Shown here piece after piece: positions 54,001 through 62,060 of a stretch of 64,000 nt of DNA; within the stretch, counting starts at the first letter, position 1; each line of letters begins with the position of its first letter. The notes below the pieces were generated by a model. The model ran no database searches and was not told where the DNA came from. It saw only the letters and a program-made list of their open reading frames with translations. The translations under genes were made by a program, and so were the position numbers. The DNA comes from Octopus sinensis (taxonomy: Eukaryota): assembly GCF_006345805.1 (NCBI RefSeq), contig NC_042998.1:39618001-39682000 (forward strand), written 5' to 3'.

Positions 54001-57000
54001 ATCCCCAGACCTCACTCACGATGGTGCCATATAAAAAGCATTCCAGTTCACACTCTATAAAAAAGTGGTTGGCATTAGGAAGGGCATCCGGTCATAGAAT
54101 CCCTGCAAAAACAGAATTTGAGTAACTTGCAGGACAAGACCCTTCAACTGAGGGGTAGTAGTAGTAATGAGGGATAGAAAGGGTGTCTTGCATTAGAGGG
54201 GAAACATGACTACCTCAGGTTGGAAGAGAGAAGAGGAAGATGTGATGGGGAGGAGGCAGGGGTCATACACCCAAGTTATAAGGTGTATTAAGTGAAGTGG
54301 GGAATGGAGAGGATGAGTGGGTGCGTGAGAGGAGTTCACAAGATTAGGAGAGTGGGAATGTAATGAGTGGGCACAAGTAGGGGGAGGGGGTATTAGGAGG
54401 ATATGTTGTGGGAGAGAGATTCAAGAGGGCCATCTCTAGTGTGAGGGAGAATGGAGGGAGGAGAACACAGCAGTAGTGAGAGGAAGTTGGTGAAAGAGGG
54501 GAGGTGTCGTGGGGAGGCACAGACAAAAGACATGTCTGGATTTTACTCAGCTGGGCCAGTCTTTTCAAGCATAGCAGATCACCGGTTGTCTCGGTCCTTT
54601 GTTATCACATGATTTTATTTGTTTTTGGTTGGTTATTTTCTAATAAATGTGGTAAAAGTGCATAAAAATTATGAAATAATACTTTACTTGACTCAAAGAA
54701 AATGTCTGATTCATCTGGCTACAAGGAACACTGCCAACAATACGGAACTGCTTCAAAATCATTAAGAACCCTCTGGCACTCACTTTCCTTGCATTTAGAT
54801 GTCTGAAAGAGGATTGAGATCCATAAATTAATTAACATTAAAAAATAAAAATTCTAATGAGGATAAAATATAAGATAAATACAGTACTAAAAAAATTAAA
54901 CAAAAAAGAAAAACTATTCATAAAATGGTCCTGGAAGTATATTAATAACAAAACTGGTTTAACAAAGAAGGAAAAGAAAACTGAGTGATAAAGTGAAAAA
55001 ATCTGTCAGACAAATAGAGATGGAAAAATTTACAAGACAACCATGTAATGGGTAAGTAACCTGCTAGAAATATTAGCTGACTCTCTTTGAAATCATACTC
55101 TACTGTGTTGGGAAGGGGATGATACATTATATGTGGCCCTTGACAGATTAAGTCTATTTCTGAAAATGAGATTTGTTGGTTAGAGCTGGAACATCTTTGA
55201 TTTTAAGTCTGATCATTTCAAATTCACCTAAACCTAAAAAACTCCAGAAAATATAACAAAGACCAGAGAAGATTTTATTGCTGGCTGACAATAATTCTTA
55301 AAATAGGACCCATTTCCTAGAAACTAGCATCTATGCACATTTAATAATGGCACAACACAGAATCTGGCAAGCACAAAATCAACAGTTAATAACACTCACT
55401 CACATCTACATAAATATAGATACGTGTTTATAAAATAACAATAAAAACCTTATAGAAAAGCACTTTATGGAAATGAGATATATAAAGTTGAGTCATCTAC
55501 ACTATAATAATAAAAGTTGCTCATTAAATAGTTTGAAGTAGGTAACTTTTGCTAAATGAAAGCAATTATTAAAGCCGTCACTGTCTAGAAAATTCTTACA
55601 AATTCTAATTTTAAGATTTAAAAAAAAAATCAAAATGTTGTTTTCAAGATACTTTATGTTGATTCAAAGCGTACTTTGAATCAACATAAAGTATTCAAAG
55701 TACCCTTTGGGTGATTTTAAAGAAAAGTGGTTTCAATTTACTTATATATGTGATTATCTAAAGTATTTAAGTGTTGAGCACAATGTTTAAAAAAAAAAAA
55801 ACATTATTGAAACAATTAAAGTACATGATAAGGACTATAACATGACATCTATTATAATTTCTGATAGATAATTCCTTAGCTAGGACCACTGCTCATATTA
55901 TTGTAGTTCATATCGAGCGAGCGAGTGAGTGAGTGAGTGAGTGAGTGAGTGAGTGAGTGAGTGAGTGAGTGAGTGAGTGAGTGAGTGAGTGAGTGAGTGA
56001 GTGTGTGTGTGTGTATGTGTGTATGTATGTATGTATGTATGTAACAATGGAAAAGTAACGCAAGGCAAATAATTACTTATCGCATGTGTTTGAACTTACA
56101 GCAAGTTTTTCAATGATTTTTTCCTTCCCAGTATGTCCTAGGTATGCAATCCAGTTCTCCATCATGCAAAGTTAGGAGAATCTTCTGATATTTATAATTA
56201 TATTAATAAAAGTAAAATTCTGTCTGTGTGTCTGTGACCCCTGAATATCTCAGTCTACATTTGCTCTAAATAGACATAGCTTTTTGGAATTGGGATGATC
56301 CTAGGATTGAAAATCTACCCTTCATTTAGTTCATGAACATCCAGCATTGGAATCTGATTTAAAAGTATTTGGGTTGCTATTTGTAGCAGCTAAAACTTAG
56401 CTGATTCATACCATCTTGGTTGGCGTTTGTCAGATGACATCAGAGATCAAGGGCGACATAAATGACATTCACTTTGTTACTTTTACGTCGAGATAAGAAC
56501 TTTGGGACAAATTGGCCAACAGTTGAAATTCAATTTGGGACTGGAACAATAGAATGATTGCATTACAGAATTAAATCTCATCTGTCCATAACCTCTGATC
56601 AAACACCACCAGGGTATATATTCATTATAGACATATTATTTACATCTCTTTAGTATTTCAATTAGCCCTCTGCAGGATCTAGCAAAAACTCCACATAGAG
56701 TGTGGATTTTAAGCTAGTATACAATAAAAAAGAGGACTTTTACATAGTCCAGTCAACATCTGATTTCTTAAGCAATTCTAACATTGTTTTGGGATGTTTG
56801 CTATTATTCTAAATATATTTATTGAGTATGGATGAGGACAGCTGTGTGAAAAAGTGTCACACCCTAACAATGGAGGGAACCTGTGGAAGAGGTAAACCCA
56901 GGAAGACCTGGGATGAGGTGGTGAAGCATGTCCTTCGAACATTGGACCTCATAGAGGCAATGACAAGCGACTGAGACCTTTGGAGATATGTTGTGCTTGA

Positions 57001-59134
57001 GAAGACCAGGCTAGCCAAGTGAGACTGTAACCATGGCCTATGCCAGTGTAGCATAACCGGCCCAATAAACTGTGCTTGAGAAAACCTGTTGAATCAAGTG
57101 AATTCTTTGTCATGGATGATGCCAGTTCCACCCGATTGGCTCCTGTGCAGGTGGCACGTAAAAAGCACTATTCAAGCATGGTCATTGTCAGTGCTGCCTG
57201 ACTGGCTCCCGTGCCAGTGGCACATAAAAAGCTCTTTTTGAGCATGGTCTTTGCCAGTGCCGCCTGACTGGCCCTCATACTGGTGGCACGTAAAAAGCAC
57301 CCACTCCACTATTGGAGTGGTTGGCATTAGGAAGGGCATCCAGCTATAGAAACCTTGCCAAATCAGATTGGAGCCTGGTGCAGCCTTCTGGCTTGCCAGT
57401 CCTCAGTCAAATCATCTGACCCATGCCAGCATGGAAAGCGGACATTAAATGATGATGATGATGATGATTGAATGCTATTTGATGAATAGAGTATATGAAG
57501 GGAAATTAGACATACCAGAAAAACTGCACAAACTGGGAATTAACTGTATAAAAATCCTGATATTGATACAAACATGATGCATCAGTGGCTGGCTGTATCT
57601 GGACTTAATCCTTAAATCAGAAAAAGAGGGCTTCAGCATAGCAGTGTTCTGTCCTCTAGAAATTACCAAACCAACATTCTTAAAAATGGTGCAGATCATT
57701 CCTGCCTCTTTTGTGGTACCACAAGAGAACCAATTGACCCCCACACACTTCCAGCCCTCATCTCTAGCTACCCTATGTTGGCCTCAAATGATTATATTGA
57801 TTACCATAAGCTTGGGGACTGGACTTCACCACTTGCGAAAAGAGTGGTCAGTGTTTCCACTGCATCATATGCTGTCAGTTTTGACTCCTGTATGAGAACC
57901 AGTGGGGACACATAAGCCTACCAAAGTAGCAGAAAATAAATACATTAGCATTCTTTAGGACTTTAGTATTTAAACTGATTGATTTATTCAGGTCAATGGA
58001 GCAGAAATTGTGATGAAGAATCAGAAAACTCATTTGATCATAGATACGTGAATCCCAGCAGACAGCAACACTTGTTTAAAACATTTGAAAAGTTAAGTAA
58101 ATACAAGGACCTTGAAATAGGGGTCTCAAAAATGTGGAGTCTGTGAACAACAACTGTACCTGTGATCATCAGAGCTTTAGGGTCAATACCAATTGGCATT
58201 CTTAAACACTATGGCCAAATACCAGGAAACCCTAATGTATCAGAGTTACAGAAAATTATTCTCAGAGGTAGAGCCCACATCCTAAGAAAACCACTGTCTT
58301 TTAAAATCGGAAATATTACAAGCTTTTAATGAAACCCTAATTCTCAGCCCCCTTTCCTGAAAATACAATGTTACTCATATATAATATCCGCAGTAAAACA
58401 CCTAACTTGTTTCTTGAGGTCCCTGGGTGAGACTTGGAACAAATTGTATAAAACAAAGCAACAATAAAGTAAATAATAATAACTGTTCTTTCTAATGTAG
58501 GCACAGGGCCAGTAATTTTGAAGGAAGAGAGTAAATTGGTGCCATCAACCCAAGTACTTGACTAGTACTTTATTTTATCAAGCCCTGAACGTCAGTCTTG
58601 GATTTGAACAAAGAACACAAACCGATCTTGTTACTGTCACTCAGGGCAGTGAGCTGGCAGAATTGTTAGCATGCTGGGCAAAATGCTTAACAGCAATTTA
58701 TTAGTCTTTATGCTCCAAGTTCAAATTTCATTCGAGTTGACTGTCTTTCATTTCTTCAGGGTCGATAAAATGAGTACCAATTGAACATTGGGGGTCAATG
58801 TTTCTGACTTACCCACTACCTCCAAAATTGCCGGCCTTGTGCCAAAATTTGGAGTTATTATTATTATTTTGCCATCACTTTAATGATTCTGCCATTGATT
58901 GCCACAAGAAAAACAACAACAATACTACTCACTTGGAGAACATAGATTTACGTAACAGCAACATGAGTGTATCCCGTAAAGTTCTACTAAATTTCAAGAT
59001 AGGTTGCAGGATGTCTAACAAACTGGCAGCTGTTTTCGGTGGCAAAGTTGGTAAATGATCAAATATAGTTGTCAGTTTCTTGTCAGAATTTAACAGAAGT
59101 TGGGGACTGGTCTTCACCACTCGAGAAAAAAGAT
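6844..59134 (-). CDS. FANCI: Fanconi anemia group I protein, 3' part (20 coding exons; 5' exons outside window)
   Basis: join(59134-58933,54802-54688,52857-52729,50499-50431,44366-44265,39405-39181,38641-38520,36039-35887,33472-33293,31435-31278,30801-30716,28079-27914,26471-26341,23807-23642,22480-22296,16957-16841,13915-13844,12401-12303,8956-8810,6903-6844). All GT-AG, phases consistent. Motifs [41 protein letters not shown] match FANCI. Confidence 0.96.
7040..8370 (-). mobile_element. Decayed non-LTR retrotransposon (CR1-like) fragment
   Basis: Degenerate RT C-terminal-like translation on minus; boundaries approximate. Confidence 0.4.
8390..8520 (-). mobile_element. SINE fragment (family with CTTTCATC...AAGTACCAG central domain)
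   Basis: Matches copies at 32656, 38880, 58645, 59200; contains a G run. Confidence 0.7.
8810..8956 (-). CDS. FANCI: FANCI exon [21 protein letters not shown]...STANKQ
   Basis: acag acceptor, GTAAAT donor, 147 nt; matches VNLMQHMKLSTSRDFKI. Confidence 0.95.
9500..10320 (-). mobile_element. Decayed RTE (BovB-like) LINE fragment
   Basis: Minus translation includes [12 protein letters not shown]-type RT C-terminal motif; many stops. Confidence 0.55.
12303..12401 (-). CDS. FANCI: FANCI exon [33 protein letters not shown]
   Basis: tag acceptor, GTAAGA donor, 99 nt; matches [23 protein letters not shown]. Confidence 0.96.
12614..13060 (+). mobile_element. Decayed mariner 5' fragment (transposase HTH region)
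   Basis: Broken translation [16 protein letters not shown]...[16 protein letters not shown]; truncated by a SINE. Confidence 0.75.
13065..13200 (+). mobile_element. Partial tRNA-derived SINE
   Basis: Same head as the full copy at 13269. Confidence 0.8.
13269..13662 (+). mobile_element. Full-length tRNA-derived SINE
   Basis: A-box TGGCTGTGTGG, B-box GGTTCAGTCCC, internal TA/TG tract, AAAGAGT tail. Confidence 0.9.
13844..13915 (-). CDS. FANCI: FANCI exon [24 protein letters not shown]
   Basis: tttttag acceptor, GTATTT donor, 72 nt phase 0/0; occupies the position of the basic linker exon. Confidence 0.82.
13975..14300 (-). mobile_element. RTE 3'-end retroposon (GAT-tailed)
   Basis: catcatttaatgt..ttccatgctggcatgggttggatgg signature, repeated more than 12 times in window. 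Confidence 0.85.
14330..15260 (+). mobile_element. RTE LINE fragment (RT C-terminal half)
   Basis: [24 protein letters not shown]..., RRLLWFGHV-like motifs. Confidence 0.85.
15540..15920. repeat. Tail-to-tail pair of RTE 3'-end retroposons
   Basis: Plus copy ends ggacattgaat(gat)n near 15755; minus copy begins catcgtttaatgtc near 15766. Confidence 0.75.
16841..16957 (-). CDS. FANCI: FANCI exon [39 protein letters not shown]
   Basis: gacag acceptor, GTCAGT donor, 117 nt; matches YLQV..[23 protein letters not shown]. Missed by the ORF track. Confidence 0.96.
17759..19000 (-). mobile_element. RTE LINE 3' portion with 3'UTR subrepeats and (GAT)n tail
   Basis: ORFs 18495-18698 ([11 protein letters not shown]) and 18727-18990 ([12 protein letters not shown]). 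Confidence 0.9.
20950..21100. promoter_or_regulatory. CpG-rich promoter-like module: three 28-bp repeats with NRF1-like and CRE motifs
   Basis: Units 21009-21036, 21037-21064, 21065-21092; perfect TGACGTCA at 21086-21093; GCGCATGTGCA near 20959. Confidence 0.55.
21281..22063. mobile_element. Rearranged mariner derivative with two transposase 3' ends
   Basis: Terminal 31-mers inverted (25/31); [13 protein letters not shown] on minus near 21430 and [13 protein letters not shown] on plus near 21960; ENARPHIA motif near 21770. Confidence 0.75.
22296..22480 (-). CDS. FANCI: FANCI exon (D)[36 protein letters not shown]...CQYIKY
   Basis: ctag acceptor, GTAAGT donor, 185 nt; matches FHELVQTALP. Confidence 0.95.
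23642..23807 (-). CDS. FANCI: FANCI exon [16 protein letters not shown]...[23 protein letters not shown]
   Basis: tttag acceptor, GTGACA donor, 166 nt; matches DVEVEK...LEEVDWLITKLK. Confidence 0.92.
25331..25408 (-). other. 78-nt stem-loop, 28-bp stem, pre-miRNA-like
   Basis: Arms 25331-25358 and 25381-25408; the two mismatches are G-U pairs on the minus strand. Confidence 0.4.
26341..26471 (-). CDS. FANCI: FANCI exon (D)[16 protein letters not shown]...[14 protein letters not shown]
   Basis: cctag acceptor, GTATGG donor, 131 nt; matches LSQDIHGHLGDIDQ. Confidence 0.95.
27914..28079 (-). CDS. FANCI: FANCI exon [26 protein letters not shown]...[13 protein letters not shown]
   Basis: tgtag acceptor, GTAAGG donor, 166 nt; matches RSLLNLLSSQEE. 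Confidence 0.93.
29341..29624. repeat. Fold-back repeat with arms of about 130 bp
   Basis: 29341-29470 is the reverse complement of 29497-29624 at roughly 80% by eye; third partial copy 29773-29860. Confidence 0.8.
30716..30801 (-). CDS. FANCI: FANCI exon (L)[28 protein letters not shown]
   Basis: tgcag acceptor, GTTGGT donor, 86 nt, phase 1/0 fits both neighbours. Confidence 0.88.
30900..31250 (-). mobile_element. RTE LINE fragment
   Basis: ORF 30944-31252: [26 protein letters not shown]. Confidence 0.8.
31278..31435 (-). CDS. FANCI: FANCI exon (R)[30 protein letters not shown]...WFTQL
   Basis: aatag acceptor, GTAAGT donor, 158 nt; matches KSISLLCLEGL. Confidence 0.93.
32656..32870 (+). 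mobile_element. SINE (central-domain family)
   Basis: ggtggcaagctgacagaattgttaac head; ccttccatcccttcaaggtcaatgaaataagtatcag core. Confidence 0.75.
33293..33472 (-). CDS. FANCI: FANCI exon (E)[31 protein letters not shown]...SCRLG
   Basis: tgcag acceptor, GTATGT donor, 180 nt; matches LRSSNEFMRYAVNVALQKV. Confidence 0.95.
34000..34650 (+). mobile_element. Decayed LINE ORF1-like remnant
   Basis: [18 protein letters not shown] resembles a degenerate zinc knuckle; broken frame. Confidence 0.35.
35265..35510 (-). mobile_element. Young RTE 3'-end retroposon
   Basis: (CAT)n tail and retained CpGs. Confidence 0.85.
35887..36039 (-). CDS. FANCI: FANCI exon (S)[21 protein letters not shown]...[16 protein letters not shown]
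   Basis: ttcag acceptor, GTGAGT donor, 153 nt; matches FEDILSLFMCYKKL..SLLSMKFV. Confidence 0.95.
36420..36880. repeat. Tail-to-tail pair of RTE 3'-end retroposons
   Basis: Plus copy ends ggacattaaacaatgatg near 36670; minus copy begins catcatcgttatttaatgtc near 36690. Confidence 0.75.
38520..38641 (-). CDS. FANCI: FANCI exon [40 protein letters not shown]
   Basis: tccag acceptor, GTATGT donor, 122 nt; matches DKSADFSQSTSIGIKN..EVLIEYNF. Confidence 0.96.
38880..39091 (-). mobile_element. SINE (central-domain family)
   Basis: Reverse complement of the family head ends ctgccagctcaccgtcc. Confidence 0.8.
39181..39405 (-). CDS. FANCI: FANCI exon [13 protein letters not shown]...acidic tract...[15 protein letters not shown]
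   Basis: tctag acceptor, GTAAGA donor, 225 nt; matches ITNRMIKSELEDFEL. Confidence 0.96.
39990..40800 (-). mobile_element. RTE LINE 3' portion with subrepeated 3'UTR
   Basis: Collinear with 17759-18620. Confidence 0.85.
42015..43300 (+). mobile_element. Decayed Penelope-like element remnant
   Basis: Translations [26 protein letters not shown] and [43 protein letters not shown] match the region of Penelope-like ORFs downstream of RT. Confidence 0.7.
42473..42858 (-). mobile_element. Intact tRNA-derived SINE with 11-bp TSD
   Basis: GACAGTGACTT at 42462-42472 and 42859-42869; A-box TGGCCCAGTGG, B-box GGTTTCGATTCC. Confidence 0.93.
44265..44366 (-). CDS. FANCI: FANCI exon [34 protein letters not shown]
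   Basis: tccag acceptor, GTAAAT donor, 102 nt; matches LKQFYE..LPPLKLEACILTQG..EPL. Confidence 0.97.
44637..45504 (+). mobile_element. Non-autonomous Helitron-like element (copy 1)
   Basis: A|TC 5' end, GTTT subterminal tract, 3' hairpin 45473-45491, CTGG|T end. Confidence 0.65.
45505..46290 (+). mobile_element. Helitron-like element (copy 2, tandem)
   Basis: Starts TC; first ~350 bp collinear with copy 1; TA/CA microsatellite; 3' end uncertain. Confidence 0.55.
46800..47640 (+). mobile_element. Decayed Tc1/mariner (maT-like) transposase
   Basis: ORF 47019-47516: [35 protein letters not shown]. Confidence 0.8.
47645..48270 (-). mobile_element. tRNA-derived SINE interrupted by a MITE
   Basis: Reverse complement of the 13269 family on both sides of the insertion. 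Confidence 0.8.
47882..48099. mobile_element. Tc1/mariner-type MITE
   Basis: Termini CAGTAATCCC / GGGATCACTG, left TA, AT-rich core. Confidence 0.65.
48830..49900 (+). mobile_element. RTE LINE fragment
   Basis: YADDL coding sequence (tatgctgatgatctt) near 49050; decayed downstream motifs. Confidence 0.85.
50431..50499 (-). CDS. FANCI: FANCI exon [23 protein letters not shown]
   Basis: ttcag acceptor, GTATTT donor, 69 nt; matches [23 protein letters not shown]. Confidence 0.92.
52729..52857 (-). CDS. FANCI: FANCI exon [43 protein letters not shown]
   Basis: tccag acceptor, GTAAGT donor, 129 nt; matches [24 protein letters not shown]. Confidence 0.97.
53170..53600 (+). mobile_element. RTE LINE fragment
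   Basis: Collinear with other RTE copies. Confidence 0.75.
54688..54802 (-). CDS. FANCI: FANCI exon (K)[38 protein letters not shown]
   Basis: ttcag acceptor, GTAAAG donor, 115 nt; matches LDARKSAVAGFLLLLKNFK and the S/TQ cluster. Confidence 0.97.
55649..55694. repeat. Perfect 21-bp inverted repeat with 4-nt loop
   Basis: ATACTTTATGTTGATTCAAAG cgta CTTTGAATCAACATAAAGTAT. Confidence 0.9.
55915..56042. repeat. Compound microsatellite (GAGC)-(GAGT)~20-(GT)-(GTAT)
   Basis: Direct reading. Confidence 0.95.
56820..57470 (+). mobile_element. RTE LINE 3' end with 66-bp 3'UTR subrepeats and (GAT)n tail
   Basis: Ends ggacattaaat(gat)n near 57470. Confidence 0.88.
58645..58860 (+). mobile_element. 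SINE (central-domain family)
   Basis: ggcagtgagctggcagaattgttagc head. Confidence 0.8.
58933..59134 (-). CDS. FANCI: FANCI exon (D)[13 protein letters not shown]...[25 protein letters not shown], carrying the monoubiquitination lysine
   Basis: ttcag acceptor, GTGAGT donor, 202 nt; LRKSMF matches human LRKAMF (K523), codon 58949-58947. Confidence 0.97.
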
Positions 59135-59199
59135 CTGAAATAATAACAATAATAATAAAAATAATGATAATAGTAATAAGGGCAGTAACAAAATAAGTA

Positions 59200-59394
59200 A
59201 CAAGGGCAGCAATTTTGAGAGAGGGGATGAGTCGATTACATCGACCCCAGTGTGTAACTGGTACTTATTTTATCAACCCTGAAAGAATGAAAGCGAAGTC
59301 AACCTTGGCAGAATTTGAACTTAGAATGTAGCAACAGGTGAAATACCACAAAGCATTTTGTCCAGCATGCTAATGATTCTGCCAGCTCACCGCC
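59200..59394 (-). mobile_element. SINE (central-domain family)
   Basis: Reverse complement of the family consensus. Confidence 0.8.
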
Positions 59395-60324
59395 TTGATG
59401 ATGATGATGATAATAATACACGACCATATGAATATGTAAACCTCCTTTTTATTGCAAGAACACTTTTAAATGACTCCAACTATCTAATTTTAGCAATTTC
59501 AAAATAAATGACTCTGTGAGTACACAATCCTTTAATTTCTCCCAGCCTCTCAAACATCCTTCTTTCATAATCACAAAAAATTGTAGCATCTCCAAACACT
59601 TTCCAGAACTGATAACAAATGCAGGAAATAGGCAACTGTCAATATTTACAAACTGCACAATTATGGAAACTGTAAATCATAGCAAAAATTTGTAAAATGA
59701 AAACAAAAATTCAACGGTGCATATGTGTGTATATATGTATATAATTATTTTTTCTATTGGTAATTAAAACAGAAGAGGTTTCCCACTGCCTTCATTGATT
59801 GCTGTCATACTGAACACATATCTGACCTGTGCTGACCACGTGGGTGTGGCCACTTCTTTGTTATTGCACAGGGGTGTGACTGTTCCATTGTTGATCTCCA
59901 GCATCTCCTGAACCTATTTACAGAATAGTGGTATTTGGCCATGTGTCCACCAAGCTGCTTCTCTTCCTCTTACAATTCTCCCCAACCCTCAGGTATTTGT
60001 GACTGTCTCAAGTACAAAGCAAAAGTCAAAACTAAACAACATTTAATAATACTACACAATAGGAGGAGCAGAACTAGCAAACTTAACTTAATTCTGTCCA
60101 TAACAATAAAGGCTACACTGTTGCCATGGCTACAAAGGGTTGCCACAAGAATAGAGACTGCAACAGTAGAGGTGCTAACCAAATGAGGGCTACTGCTGCT
60201 GTCATGGCAAGGTACAGGCAATTGCAACAGTAAGAATGGTGGAGTTAACAATAGTGGCCAAGATAATAACCATTCCTACATCAGCCACACAGGACTCCCT
60301 TCTAATAATTTTATCGTAGCAGGA

Positions 60325-62060
60325 GAGCTGTACAAGCCATGTACAGGGACGCTACCAGTAAGATGAGGGTTGGCAACAAGTACAACGAAAAATTCAGGGT
60401 ACAAGTAGGAGTTCAAAGATCAATCTTCAGCCCCTTCTTGTTCATCAAAGTCCTCCAGGTAACAAAAGAGGAATTTAAGACAGGCTGCCCCTGGGAGCTC
60501 CTCAACGCTAATGACCTTGTTCTTATAGCTGAATCACTACCAGAACTAGACAAGAAGTTCCGAGTATGGAAACAAAGTTTAGAATCAAAGGGCCTTAGAG
60601 TTATCCAAGCAAAAACCAAAGTCTTAGTAAGTAGGAAGGCAGACAAATCACAAATCTCTTTGGGTAGACAGCCCTGCTCGATCTGTAGAAAAGGCGTAGG
60701 TAGAAACTCCATAAGATGTACCCGGTGTAAACTATGGACTATAAGAGGTGCAGCAATGTCAGAGGAAGGTGAACAGGGAAACTAGCTTTTGTGTGTGGAA
60801 GATGCACAGGTACCATAAACACCGAAAATGTACAGAAAATAGACTGCATCAAATGCCAGTGGGGTAAGCTAGAGGTAGTTGATAGCTTCCATTATCTAGG
60901 TAACCAAGTCAGTAGTGGAGGTGGATGTTCTGATAGAGTAGCTGCTAGGATTAGAATAAACTGGGCAAAGTTCAGAGAGCTCCTATCTCCGTTGGCAACA
61001 GAGTGAAAGGCAGATTGTATGATGCCTGTGTATAAACAGCTATGCTACACAGCAGTGAAACATGGGCCATGACAGCTGAAGACATGTACAGGCTTGATAG
61101 AAATGAAGCCAGTATACTTTGCTGGATGTGAAAGTCGGTGTGCATGTTTGACAGAGTGTGTGAACCATGTAAAAATCAACACTTCCTTCTCCAAGCTTAG
61201 ATTCAAAACCAAATCTAAGGATTGTTCAAGCCAACACGATCAACAGGCGTGAAAAAAGGTTTTCTTTGTCCTGTCAAAAAGTGAATGATCATCTCCCTTT
61301 GACCTACGACCTCAGCCATGACAGCCTAGTTGGGTACATGTCTATCTTTTTAGCTGTCTCAGTTCTTATAAATACCAGGATTTTAGCAGAGAGAAAACAT
61401 AGATTTCCCACAGTGCGACAGAGAGTCTTGACTCGCAAGAGAGGAAGGTTATTGGATGCGACAACCGAAAGACTCCTAGTCTACTTCCCGAGATGAACAA
61501 ACGTACACACAGACACTTAACAAAACAAATTCAGTTCTAACACGTCACCTCTACAAATGTGACCCTTTTTATTTATCTAACAACTCGTAGCAGTTGTAAA
61601 CATTTATATGTAGTGGTATGTATGTATATTAACAACACAATTTAAATCCAGTCAATAAATTATTTGTAATGATGAAGCGAAGTCATTCCTTTGTTTACTT
61701 CAAAGGTATACACATGCCTATAGCATCTATACACCTTTAAATACAACAGCTAGCATTAACTACTACAACCTTGAAAGAAATGTTGGGCAAAAGAGGCATC
61801 AGATATGGTGTGCAAGAGAGACAACTGTGCTAGAATGGTCATGTGACGTGCATGGATGAGGATAGCTGTGTAAAGAAGTGCTGATCTTTAACTGTGGGGG
61901 GAACCTGTGGTAGAGGTAGACCCAGGAAGACATGGAACAATGTAGTGAAGCATGATCTTTGAACTTTGGGTCTCACAGAGGCAATGACTACTGACAGACC
62001 TTTGGCGACATGCTGTGCTAGAGAAGACTCATCATGCCAAGTGAAAATGCAGTCATGGCT
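60325..62060 (+). mobile_element. RTE LINE (RT domain to 3' end), split by a solo LTR
   Basis: ORF 60339-60785 with PWELLNANDLVLIAES (degenerate YADD) and ORF 60791-61006. Confidence 0.9.
61168..61767 (+). mobile_element. Probable 600-bp solo LTR
   Basis: TGTA...TACA termini, ACCA/ACCT flanks (3 of 4 match), TATAAATA 61367-61374, AATAAA 61654-61659; RTE resumes after it. Confidence 0.6.
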
